Below are positions 38,902 to 51,196 of a stretch of DNA of 64,000 bases, piece by piece (the stretch's first letter is position 1; each line of letters starts with the position of its first letter). This stretch comes from Selaginella moellendorffii. Lineage: Eukaryota; Plantae; Lycopodiophyta. The translations under genes and the position numbers were made by a program. The stretch is from assembly GCF_000143415.4 (NCBI RefSeq), contig NW_003314276.1, positions 1,657,083 through 1,721,082 on the forward strand. Reading direction: 5' to 3'. The notes under the pieces were generated by a model. The model ran no database searches. It was not told the DNA's origin and was given only the letters and a program-made list of their open reading frames with translations.

Positions 38902-41900
38902 TGAATAAGGCTTTTTTTGCCTGCCTCTACCTACAAAATAATGACAAACAAACAGAGGCAAGAATGTAGAGAAGAGTAGAAGAGATGAAGAAAATAAAAA
39001 GAGAATAGTATAGAATTTAGCCTCAAACCCTAAATACGTAAGTAAAAATAAACATATATCACTCTCTCAACTCTACTTTGCATTATGGGTGAGAGAAAAT
39101 GTAAATGCATACAACACTGAGTGGAGGTTGTTTTTTAGCACGTCTAAATGTTATTTATATATTATATGATTTTATAATAGTTCCTAACTGCTTTTCGTTT
39201 GTTTATAACAAGTGTTGCCTAAGTCGGGTCTTCTTTTTTCAGATGCTTAAATTTAAGCGTAATTCCATTTTGCCTAAACTTCCTTCTTTTGCTCTACTTG
39301 AGAAGATATACAAGATAAAACATTTACCTCTTCATCACTCCCCCACAATAAAGCTATTGCCTGTCCTCAGACAGTCAGATTCTCCAAATCTTGCTCCAAG
39401 TTGCTGAGCTTGGTTTTCATAGTGACATGCTTAATGCTTTGGTGTAAATCATTGAGTTCCTAACACATGATCTGATTTTTCTAGTTGAGAAGTGTGATGC
39501 ACTAGCCTAGCAATTGATGTGCTTTACATCAGTGGATGTGAAAGTTGAGATTGCGCTTTTGAGTTCTTGAACTATGTAGCATTGATGATTCTGCTCACCC
39601 ATGACTTTATCCACTTTCTTAGTGATTGTCTTGAGGTAGCTCAAAATCTATGCGTGGTATTTTGTTGTTTCTTTGTCTTCCATCAGTTGGATTGGCTCGT
39701 TGACTGGCTGCTTGTTTACTCTCTTGATGTGTTGAGCAAACTCCTCTATAAAGCTTCGAACTACTAGCTTGATAGGCTAACTTGCAGACTTGTGCGCAAA
39801 GGCATAGCTAGCCTTGACCTTGTAGTGCTGTTGCAATGTCTGCTGCTGCTGTGGCTGCCTCGTCTCGCTAGACTGGTCGGCCGAAGATGTATCACCATTA
39901 AAGGTGGACTGGAGAAAATTAGCCTATACTCCTCTAATTCACCTAGACCCTCTTTTGTAACCTCGTCCTATTTATCCTCCGTGATCTTCTTAGCCTAAAC
40001 TCACCTTATTGGCTGTATATACAACTAATGGTTTTACAACATTTGTAGGCATATCGTGTATTGGACTTTATGGCCTAAGTTTTAGAATTTCTTCCACAAC
40101 TTTGGCATCTATCATTTGCCTAGTGTTGTTCGTTTGTGTACTCATCACTTCCCCGATGCTCGGAGAGATTTATAACGGCATTAGAGTTGTCTTTGTAGAT
40201 GTAGATGAGTCATGACTCTGTTCCTAATCTAGGCATGGTTTTTTATCACCATACTTGCTGCATCCAGTTTTTCCACAGCATACTCAGCCACTAGATTTCT
40301 GTGAAACAAACCCTAGAGGTCTTGCAGTTTGGATTTTCAGATTTAGACGGAGTTTCTTTTTGAGAGGAGAATTCTCCTCACTTGAATTTATATTGTTAGG
40401 ATTCTCTTTTACATCCACATCTCTCACTATGTCCCTTGAAGGAGATACTAGAGGTAGTGGCTCAATGGCAAGGTGAGGCACAGAATTCTCTTGAGTAGTG
40501 TAATGCTCATAAATGCGTTGTAAAAAGATGAAGACTCTTGTCTTCACTTACCTTCCCTTGCTTAGTTGTAAAGTAACATTCTTTATTTCAGCCACAAATC
40601 CATTGTAGGCAAAATGAGCTATGTTTTTTTGCTATCTAACCTCGATAGTTTCCAACAAGTAAACCTAGCATGATAGTTAGACTTCAAGTAGGTGAAGTTG
40701 CTTCATCCAAATATGTAGTTTGGAAGGATATATTGATCGAGCATGTGATCTTTTTTGCTCATCATGATTATTTTGCCCTCGTTATTTAGGCAAAAAATCT
40801 AAGCAAACTGGGTGAGTCCAAAGGGATGGACTTGTTGCTTTGGGTATTACTTCTACATAAATTGGATCCCTTGCTCGATTGATATTTCTTCTTTGAGTAG
40901 CTCCACATAGGCAAGTAACCCAAAAGCATTAAGCCAAAACTTGTCATAGGGAAAAAGCACAAGCTTTCTAAATAGCTTTACTTGACTATAATTTAGCTCC
41001 TTGTCACCAAATAAGATTTCTTTCATATGCTTGTCTTGCCTAGGCATTTTTGCTATCTATGGAGATTTGTAGGCAAAACACTTGGCATTAGGTGACCGGG
41101 AGACAGTGCCAACAGAGGTTCCCAAAAGAAATCTTGTGTTGATGGTGCTTCAAGAGTGGAGTCGACAGCTTGTGGCAGTGGTATAAGGACAAAATCACTC
41201 TACCCAATCTAGAGTGCGCTCAGGCGGTAACGATGGCGTTTGCTCTTACGTGGCCCTAGGTAGAGTTTTAGCTATCGTACATTGCTTTAGAGCTAAGTCT
41301 GGAGTGTTGGCACATTTGGCGAAGGCATAAGAGTAGAGTGAGTGAGAAGGAAAGAGCAAGAAAGAAAAAGAAGCTCCCTAGCCATCTTTAAATTACCTAA
41401 ATCACCCTGCTTTACTGTATTTGCCCTAAGTTTCGTCCTCTTTACTTTTGTGTGCAAATGTATTATAAATTTTTTTTTTCCTTGTTGGCCTAGTAATCTC
41501 TATTCATTAATCCTTATGGTTTGTTGGTAGAGTTTATAGAATGGGGCAAGAAAAATGTAGATGTTACTCTTAGAGTATATGCCCGGTATTGTCTAGAGAA
41601 AATTTCTATAGGCTATACTAATAAGATTTTGAGGGAAGGCCTGCTCGAAAGAAAGAAATATCTGTTTAATGTATCCCTTGATTGCTTTCCTTGTAACTTC
41701 CCCATCAAAGAAAGCACTCAAATATATAAAAGTTTCTTTACCATAAAGATAAATCTTTCCTAAATGATATGTATTTTCCCTCTCTTTTAAATGAATAAAT
41801 CCTTGTCTAAACTTATCGAAAAGACTACTCCTTCTATCCAATTCCACTAATCTAGCTCTATAAAGATATAGAAAAGCTTGGAAATAAAATTTTGAATGAT

Positions 41901-41913
41901 CTTAATATCCCCT

Positions 41914-43056
41914 TGTAGCGTACGTGGTTTTGACCCTTTATCCTATAGTGATTTACCATAGGATAACACCACGAAGCGGACCCTAAACCCTCTTTGTGCC
42001 ACGTGACAGATGCCACGTGTCACATACCACGTGTCCATGCCACGTGTCCATAGGAACCCGAGGTTCAGGGCCTTGGGCCACTGAATGAAGGAACGGTGCC
42101 AAACTCCCAAGCGTGACGCCAAGGAGTGATGGAACCGGACCACGGAGCAACTCCCAAGCATATAGCCCAAGGAGCGAAGGGACAGGAGCCCGGAGCGACT
42201 TGGAACAGTCCTGGAGCAACCAGCATCCCAATGCCAGGACCAGTATGCAAAACGGAGCCAAACAGAGTCTAGCGCTATTTCGGCATACCGGTGGCCTAAC
42301 ATGAGGATATGGGTACTCCACCAGCTAGCATGGAATGGAACTTGGGCTTAGACCCAAGCCGGACGCAGAACAAGGACAGGCACGCAAGCGGGAGCTAGAC
42401 TATGCCTCAGGTTGGTTGGCCATGCCCGACCTACCCCCTATCCCTACTATACATTTGGAACCCCCCATAGCCCCCCCCCCCTGAGGACACACGCTTTGGG
42501 CTTTCACCCCAAGCCTCCCTTAGTATCAGGAGTTAGTCTCTGGGACAAACTCGAAACTTACTAAATATGGAATGTCCTTAGATTGTGAATTTGGACACGG
42601 GACGAACACCATTGTGTTCAGGCCGATCTCTACATTCCGTAGATATGCCAAATGAGCAAATCTGGACACTTTCTATAAATAGCATTTGGGACCGAAATGA
42701 GACTAACACAAAGGGCATGATAGCGAGGGTGTTTGGCAGACACGGTAAGCTATCATCCAGCGATATTGAGGGACCAATCTCAATACGCGAGGGTTCTTGT
42801 CAAGCCAGTGCAAGATAGAGCAAAAGAGAACTAAAAGCCAGGCCGAGTATGCTCAGCTAGAAACACATAGGAGTTCCTACCTTATGTCCATCTGGCTAAG
42901 TACAGATGCTAAGCCCAGTAAACTAACACTTGAACAAGAGGGGCTAATAAAGGGAACCAGCAATACCGACCTCCTGCCATCGTGGCAGTAAGGTAAGAGT
43001 GTCCGTAAGGACTAGCCGATAGGTAACTTTCGATACCCGAAGTCACATTTGCGACA
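41914..43056 (-). mobile_element. Solo LTR (long variant) nested in the old Gypsy
   Basis: TGTAGCG...GCGACA with perfect TSD CCCCT. Confidence 0.92.
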
Positions 43057-45535
43057 CCCCTTCATCCAATTTTTCTAGACACTTATCCTTCATCCAATTT
43101 GCCACTCTATTTGTGCACTTAGGTAGTTCATCACAATGAATCCCTACGAGGGCTTCATCCATGAGCTTATCCATAGTTTTGTACTCTAAGATATAGACAA
43201 TATTTATGTTTATATCTTCATAATACTTCCTTAAATGGTTTAATTTATTATTGCAGTATTATCCTTATTTAAGGTGTGCACTTCAACTATTCTTGGAGTT
43301 AATATCTTAGACAAAATAAATGAACCATTCTATTTTCTTTCGAATTTATTTTTAAGAGCATCTACTTTGCCTTGATACCAAAGGACTTTATCTCTTGGCT
43401 TAAGATTGTAAAAGATTTTCAATTATCTATTATGCCTAGCCTTTTTAGCTTTTTGAATTGCATGTAGGGTCTAGATTACTTTAAATTTAAACTCGTCTAA
43501 GTTTTCTATTTAAGCAAGTCTTTGCTTAAGAGCTTTTTTTCATCTAAGCCATTTTTAATTGTAATATGCAAAGAGAGAATTATAAATTCTATAAGCGTTA
43601 AAGCTTCTTAGCCATAGGTAAGACAAAATGGTGTCATGCCTATGAATACTTTATATACAATCCTATAAGCTTATAAAGTATCTAGGATTTTCTTATCTCA
43701 GTTTTTTTTATTGTCCTTTACAATCTTTTTCAAGAGATTTTTAAGGTACTTTATTAGTAGATTCAACTTGATCATTCCCTTGTGGGTAATATGGCATGGA
43801 TTTTTTGTGCTTAAAGATGACTTTTTGTATAAGAATTTCTATTGTTTCATTGATGAAGTGGGTGTTTTTATCTATAATGATCTCTTTAAACAAACCAAAT
43901 TTTACAATAATGTTTTCATAGAGAATTTGGCAGTGTTAGTAGTTGAGGTCTATTTCATAAGTATAGCTTCTGCCCATTTAGTCAAATAATCAATGGCGAC
44001 TAAAATATATTTATTCCTCTTACTGCTTATCATTATAGATTATGAAATGTTTCATATGGATAGGTAGGATTTAGTTTATGAATTTACTTTTTAGATGGTA
44101 GTTTGCAAAACTTTTTTTGACTTTGTCTAATTTTGGATAGACAAACTTCTTCCATCTTTAGCTTTTTACAATTTGGGACATTGGATAGCATTTTTTATCC
44201 ATTATTCTTTAGTGACTTAGTCCTTGAGGCCTTATCTAATGCCTTCATGATATTAAATACCATTTCTTGGGTGTTTAAGAGTGCTTAAGTGTCCTAATGA
44301 TCGGCTTTTTTGGCAATGAACATTTCTTTCTATAACATTGATTCATTATATTGCAATATAAGCAATTTATCCCTTATAGGATATATCTATCTTCCTTTTT
44401 ATCCCAATAAAAAGTCTTGGGAAGTTGACTTTCACCAATTCAATCAATTATGCCATACATTTTGCTTAATTGCCTCATAGTTGTCAAGTTTTACAATTTA
44501 TAGTGTTTCCAAACCTCTAACATTATTTGGGTCCACACACTCAAATCCTATACCTTCAAGCTTAGGCTATGCGAATTCTATTTCCATTGGGATTTATTTG
44601 GCAAAAAGTTCTTATAAACTAACCAACTTGACTTTAAGGCCTCATCACTTGAGACACTTGGGGTCTTTGCCCTATCAACTCCACAAACCTACTTTCACGA
44701 CACTTTCCACTTATGTTTACATCTTTACCAAGACCAAAGTAGTCATTTCTTATGCCAACTATCAGTTACCACTACACTATAGTATTCACATATAACTTTG
44801 TGCCAAAGTTGCTTTCTTCCAAAAACATCTTTCTCACAACTTTAGTATAGCATATTCTGCCATCAATGAGACACTCACTATTCTCATACTTGGATTTTAT
44901 GATCCTCTTTGTCCTTTGTAAAATATAACACATCTCAATTCAAATGCTTCCATTAATCTCTTAGGACTATTTCTTGACTCTACTTAAGTTATCTAGCTTT
45001 TGGACTTTGCTAATTTGACAACCCGTAAGGTCCTACTTTTAAGGTGTTAGCTCGTTGAAATATAACTTTTTGTATTCATGTCCTACTCACAATGATCATA
45101 TTTACAAGTGTTACTTCAATATTTAATTATTCTTTGTTCTATATGGGTTACATTTACCTTTTAAAATTATCTGTCCATATGATGAGAATACTAACTCATC
45201 CTCTAAGTACCCCAACTACTTGGGTTCTTCCAGCATTTATTAAAGGTAGCTCCGATTACCATTTCAAGGACCTATGTCCTCATTCATATTTAACCTCCTA
45301 TAATCATTAACTTCAGTCTTAAGTTGCTATCAATTATATGAGGATAATCTTATGACTTATTTATCATCCAGGAGTTTCCATCATTTTTGTGAACCCAACT
45401 GTAGTTATTTACCACAACCACATTATTTAGTTTGCTAAGTTAAATGCTTTTATAGATTACATCCTCAACTCTCTAAGGAAACCTTATATTATTCCCAAGA
45501 TCCCAAAGTCATTCCCTTATTGGCCCTTTTCACCC

Positions 45536-45860
45536 TCGGACTTAAATTTGGAGTCGGATTTGGACTCGGATTTAGACTCGATCTTGGTCTCGGACTCAGT
45601 CTCGGTCTCGGTCTCAGTCTCAGTCTTGGTGTCAATCTCAGACTCGACCTTGGATTTGGTCTTGATTTCCATCTCGAACTTGACCTTGGACTCCATCTCA
45701 GACTCCATTTCGGGTCCATCTTAGGTCCATATCAAACTCTATCTCAGACTCCATCTTAGGCCCATCTCAAATCCATATCAAACTCCATCTCAGACTTTAT
45801 CTTGGGTCCATATCAGACTCTTTCTCAGACTCTATCTCAGACTCTTTGTCGGGTCCCATC
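45536..45860. repeat. Degenerate 6-bp-period tandem array (GACTCG/GTCTCG/ATCTCA)
   Basis: Visible hexamer periodicity; gives (ES/ET)n, (PR)n and (LG)n ORFs. Confidence 0.85.
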
Positions 45861-48800
45861 TTGAAATTTAAAGTTAAGTGTCATTGGGTTTGAATAGTAC
45901 TGGGTTGAGTAAACTCCCAGAAAGTCAAAATTCAAGAGCTTATAATGTCTTTAAAGCAAACAATTTCTTTTTCTTTAGCGAATTATAATGGGGTGGAATG
46001 GTGCCTATAGAGAGATACATTTGTATATCTTCCAACCAAGTGGTACATTTAGAAATTGCAAATAAATGAGCATCTAGGAGTTTTTTACTTTAGTATTAGG
46101 TGACTCTCTTGTTGTGATAAGGCTTGGTAATTGGTTTATTTATGGAATTTTCCAGGTTTATGTACTATTTCAAGATTATATTCTTGTAATAATAAAAACC
46201 ATATAGTTAGTCGAACAAATATACATGGCTTGTTAATGAGATATAAAAGAGCTTTATGGTTAGCAAAGATAATTGTTTTTGTTGCTAAAAGATAATGCCT
46301 AAATTTTTGTAAAGTGTAAACTACACTTAAGGCTTCTTTTTTAGTCATTATGTAATTATGCTCAGCAGGATTTAAATATATGCTGGCATAGTAAATAGGA
46401 TGATCTTTTTGATCACCTTGTGTCTGGGATAATATTACATCTATGGCAATATTAAAAGTATCCATTTGTAGGTGAAACTTTTTGGTCCAATTAGGCTTAA
46501 CAAATATATATGCCTCTTTAAGGCATTATTTAAGTTTTAAAATTCTTCTTGATAATTTTTGTTCCCTATAATGGAGTATCTTTCTTTAAAAGATCAATAA
46601 GTGGCTTGATAATCTTTGCATAAGCTTTTATAAATCATTTATAATAGCCAACTTTGCTTAGAAAGTAATAAATAGTTTTTAAATTGTGTAGTGGAGATAT
46701 TGTTTTCATCACTTGAGTTTTATTTTTGTTTACAAAGATGCCTTACTTACATACAATATGACTTAGAAGTATGCCCAAATTTACAAGAAAGTACATTTCT
46801 CTGGATTAAGAAAAATGCTATATTATTTGTATTTTTGGAAACATTTTTGCAAGAAAATTAAATGTTCCTTTTTGAAGCTGAAGACACTAAAATCATTCAT
46901 GAAAACTCTCATAAAATAAAAGAAATATTTTTTGAAAGTGTTCGTAATAACTTTTTGAAATGTAAAAGGAGCATTATATAGGCCAAAAGGTATTTTGCAA
47001 TAAGTATAAGTTCTACATTGGCTTATAAAAGTTGTTTTGTATTGATATTTAGGTGATACTTCCACTTGGTTATAACCAAAGAATCCATCTAAAAATGAAT
47101 ACATCTCATGACTTGCTATTGAATCCAAAATTTCATTTGTAAAAGAAATAGGGAATATATCCTATTTTGTTGCATTATTTAGCTTTTTGCAATTCACACA
47201 AACTTGTAATTTGCCATTTTTCTTAAGCACAATTACAAGTGATGAAATCTATTGAGCATTCTGAATTGGATAGATAAATCCTATCTAGAAAAGTTTATTG
47301 ATTTCCTCCTTGATTTTACCTTGGTTATTAAGATTCATTCTATAGGGCATTTAGCTTTTAGGCATATTTTCTGAGAGTATCTCAATATGATGTATATAGA
47401 GCTCTAGCATAATGTTTTTTAAATCTATGTAAGACCAGGCAAAAATATCTTTATAGTATTTTAGTAGATTTATGGCTTGATTGTGAAATTCACTTTGCAA
47501 TCCTTAAGCAATTGTGACAATATGAGGATTATTCTTATCTGCTAAATTGATTCGCTTAAGTGGTTGATCACAAGAAATATGTAAAATATAATTTCTTTGT
47601 TAATCAATTTTATAAGCAGAATCCTCCTTTAGGGAAAAATCTCTTATACTTAAACTAATATCTAGTCTAAGTATTTCTTTGAGTATTGAATAGAGATTAA
47701 CTTTTGAAATTAGCTTAATTTCAATAAAAGCTTTTAAGATTTGTTATATTTTGAAATCGTCTAAGCCTTTCTCCTAATAAGATTGAGTTTTGAAGGGTCA
47801 ATTTTTCCTTTTCAACTATATAGTGAAAGTAATGGGCACAATTTTTTTTTTGTTACACAAGAAACCATTTTTCCAATCTTGGTTTATGCAAGTAATTTTT
47901 AACTAAGGTTTATTTGTTTATTTGGGGCTGGTTGAATTGGACCTAAGCCTAATTCTTTGCAAATACTCTCTTCTAGAATATTTACAATTGAGCCATTATT
48001 GATGAGAGTTCTAAATAATAGATTCTTACCAATCTTTATATTAATTATAGAAACTTCATCATTACAATCCCTTGGCTCCATTACAATGGCTATAAATAGG
48101 ATTAAAGTTTTTTCCTTTTTAGGCGAGAGCTTTCTAAACAATACAGCTCTAAAATAAAGTGTTATAGTGAGAAGTTGGCTTAAAATGAATGTAATTTTGA
48201 CATTTAAAATGCTTTTCACTACCTTTTTCTCATCCTTACCATCTAGCTTTAGTATAGGATTTTCTTTTTGCGCTAGTGTTAAATTCATATTAGCTTGTAA
48301 AGGCATGAGACTTTTTGTGTCAGAATCAAGTGGGAATTTTCTCTCTCCTATGAGGAAGTATGTACACCTATAGCACATCTTGCAAAAAGTGTTTCATGCT
48401 TAAAGTGGTGAATATTTCTCCTAGTAATTAAACATCACTTAACTAGTCTGAAAAATAAATTTTCATGCCTATTCACTTGTATATTTGTTCTTTGTCTATG
48501 CCTCACTTCAAAGGATATGGGGCATGCTTCACATGATTGCCTTTGATTCCTCTTTATAAGAAGATGTGATGTGAGTGCTTTCAAAATTTATAGAAGAGTG
48601 ACATCTTTCATATTGAGCAATGTTTGTAAGCTCTTTATGTATAAAAGATAAGCCTTGATTAATTCACCTAGGTGTATTAGATATAGAGTGGTTTGAATGG
48701 TTAAAGTGGTTCGTGATAACTGCTTCTAAATTTTCAATTTATGAGTTTTGTTCAAGTCTCAAATGCTCTTGCAATATACGCAGGAGACTTAAACTCAGGA

Positions 48801-51196
48801 CAAGTCTACTTTCAAACCATGTCTGAGTAGTTGTCTAACATAAAGGACCTTGAATCAAAGCCTTAAGACAACACAATGTTGTAATTGTGACTCTACCTTT
48901 GTTAAAGCCTCATAATATTTAGATGAATAATTTCCCAATTTATTTTTCACTAAAGCTGACTTTAATTCTCTTTAAGCTAGAGTTGAAGACAAGAGTTACC
49001 AATGCCTAATTTTCTTGCTTGTGTATGCCTAGAAAAATTGTGACACATTGTTGAAAAATGTGTTCTTTAAAAACCCAAATGAGAACTTAATTAAAAGGAA
49101 AGAATTCTAGAGTAGTTAATTATGTTTTCCACATCAAACAAAATCCATTCCTTCTTCTTTAGAAATTTTCTCAAGAAATTGTTAGTGAAACAATTTGAAC
49201 TTGAGTTTCTTGGCAATCTATGTCGAACTTCAATTTCAAACTTGTCTTATGCTTTGTGGCTTATATGACGGTTGAAGAACTATCTTTCTTGCATTGTTTA
49301 GGCACTAAACCACTACAATTGCAAAAAGAGCTCATTCGTTCAACATTGTTTAGGCTAAAGCATTTGCAATCATTGAAGAGATTTACTTGTGATTCTTAAT
49401 GCTGGGCATGTTTGGAATTCACAAGCCATTTTCCCAGCTATTTTTCAAACTAAAGAGTGATGGCTTATCCCACCATAGTCACTAAAAGTGAGTAAGGCTT
49501 TTTTTGCCTATACTCATGTTCTTGCCCTTACCTACAAAATAGTGATAAATAAATAGATATGAGAATATAAAGAAGAAGAATGAAAAGAGAATAAAATCGA
49601 ACTCAGCCTCAAACCCCAAAAGTGTAAATAAGGATAAGCATATGTCACTCTACTTTGCACAAACAGTCATAATGTAGCGCACCTGAATTTGGAGCCAAAC
49701 TCCAAGCCCGTTGCACTACGAAACGAGGGTCCAGTACGATCCCATGAGCACCAGCTCCCCGTATCCAGCACCTGCACACAAAATGGTGTCAGACGGAATC
49801 TAGCACAATTTTGGCATACCGGTGGCCTAACGTGAGGACAAAAGTACTCCACCGACTAAAACAATGTGGAGCTTGGGCTTAGACCCAAGCCGGACACAGA
49901 ACAAGGAGTGACACAGCCCAGTGGGAGCCAAACTAATGTCTCAGGTGGTCGGACATGCATTCCAACCACTATCCCTACTATACATTTGGAACCCCCTACA
50001 GCCCCCCCCCCCCTTGAGGGACACACGCTTTGGGCTTTCACCCCAAGCCACCCTTAGTACCAGGAGTTAGTCTCTGGGACAAGTCCGAAACTTACTAAAT
50101 ATGGAATGGTTTTAGATTGCGAATTTGGACACGGGACGAACACCATTATGTTTAGGCCGATCTCTACATTCCGTAGATGTGCCAAATGAGCTAATCCAGA
50201 TATTTTCCATAAATAGCACTTGGGACCAAAATGAGACTAACACAAAGGGTGTGATAGCGAGGGTGTTTGGCAGACACAGTAAGCTATCATCCAGCGATAT
50301 TGAGGGACTAGTCTCAATACGCAAGGGTTCTTGCCAAGCCAGTGCAAGACAGAGCAAAAGAGAACTAAGAGCCAGGCCGAGAATGCTCATCTAGAAACAC
50401 ATAGGAGTTCCTACCTTATGTTCATCTGGCTAAGTACAGATGCTAAGCCCAGTAAACTAACACTTGGACAAGAGGGGCTATTGAAGGAAACCAGCAGTAC
50501 TGACCTCCTATCGTCATGGCAGTAAGAAAAGAGTGCCCGTAAGGACTAGCCGACAAGTATCTTTGGATACCCAAAGTCACATTCGTGACACTCTCCCCCC
50601 CTTGGGGAAGATTGACGTCCTCGTCGATGCATACCCGAGTCTAGCGAACCGTCAAGGAAACAACTCCGAAAGTTACGGAAAGCACACTATGTGGGAAATA
50701 CACCGACTTAAATGAGTTATGGAACGACCTCTCCTCTACGTCCAAAGATGTTACGACTCAGACACCCTCCGGCCGTCACCGACAAGGAAATGACTAACAG
50801 AGTTAGCCCCCCTTGCTACTCCGAGTACCACTCGGCTTACAAAGGAATGATACATCCCTGCCTGCAGGGACATAGGGAGAAGGCAAGAGGCCCACTTCCC
50901 CTGAGCAAGAAATCAACCCCGTCGGGAAGATTTAGACAACTATTATAAACTGGCAGATTAAGTTGTTTACACGACCACGCCCCTTTTTGAAAATAAGCCA
51001 TCAAGAGAGAGGCGGGGACTTGTGATCAGTCTATAATAGTTATCCCCATGGTTTTGGATTGGACCGAAGCACTGAAGTGCCAAAGTCAACCTACCAAAAC
51101 TGACCCAAGTACTAACGAACGAGAAAAACAACACTTTGATTTATAGAAATATATTACTTTATTAATTTGCAAGATTGATTACAATATTTACAAAAG

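Noticed and set aside
41943-42991. ORFs within LTRs (also 49667-50525 and 56606-57008)
   Set aside because: Short chance ORFs that recur only because the LTRs are repeats
45489-45759. Repetitive ORFs (RP-, ES- and LG-rich)
   Set aside because: Artefacts of a hexamer tandem repeat open in several frames
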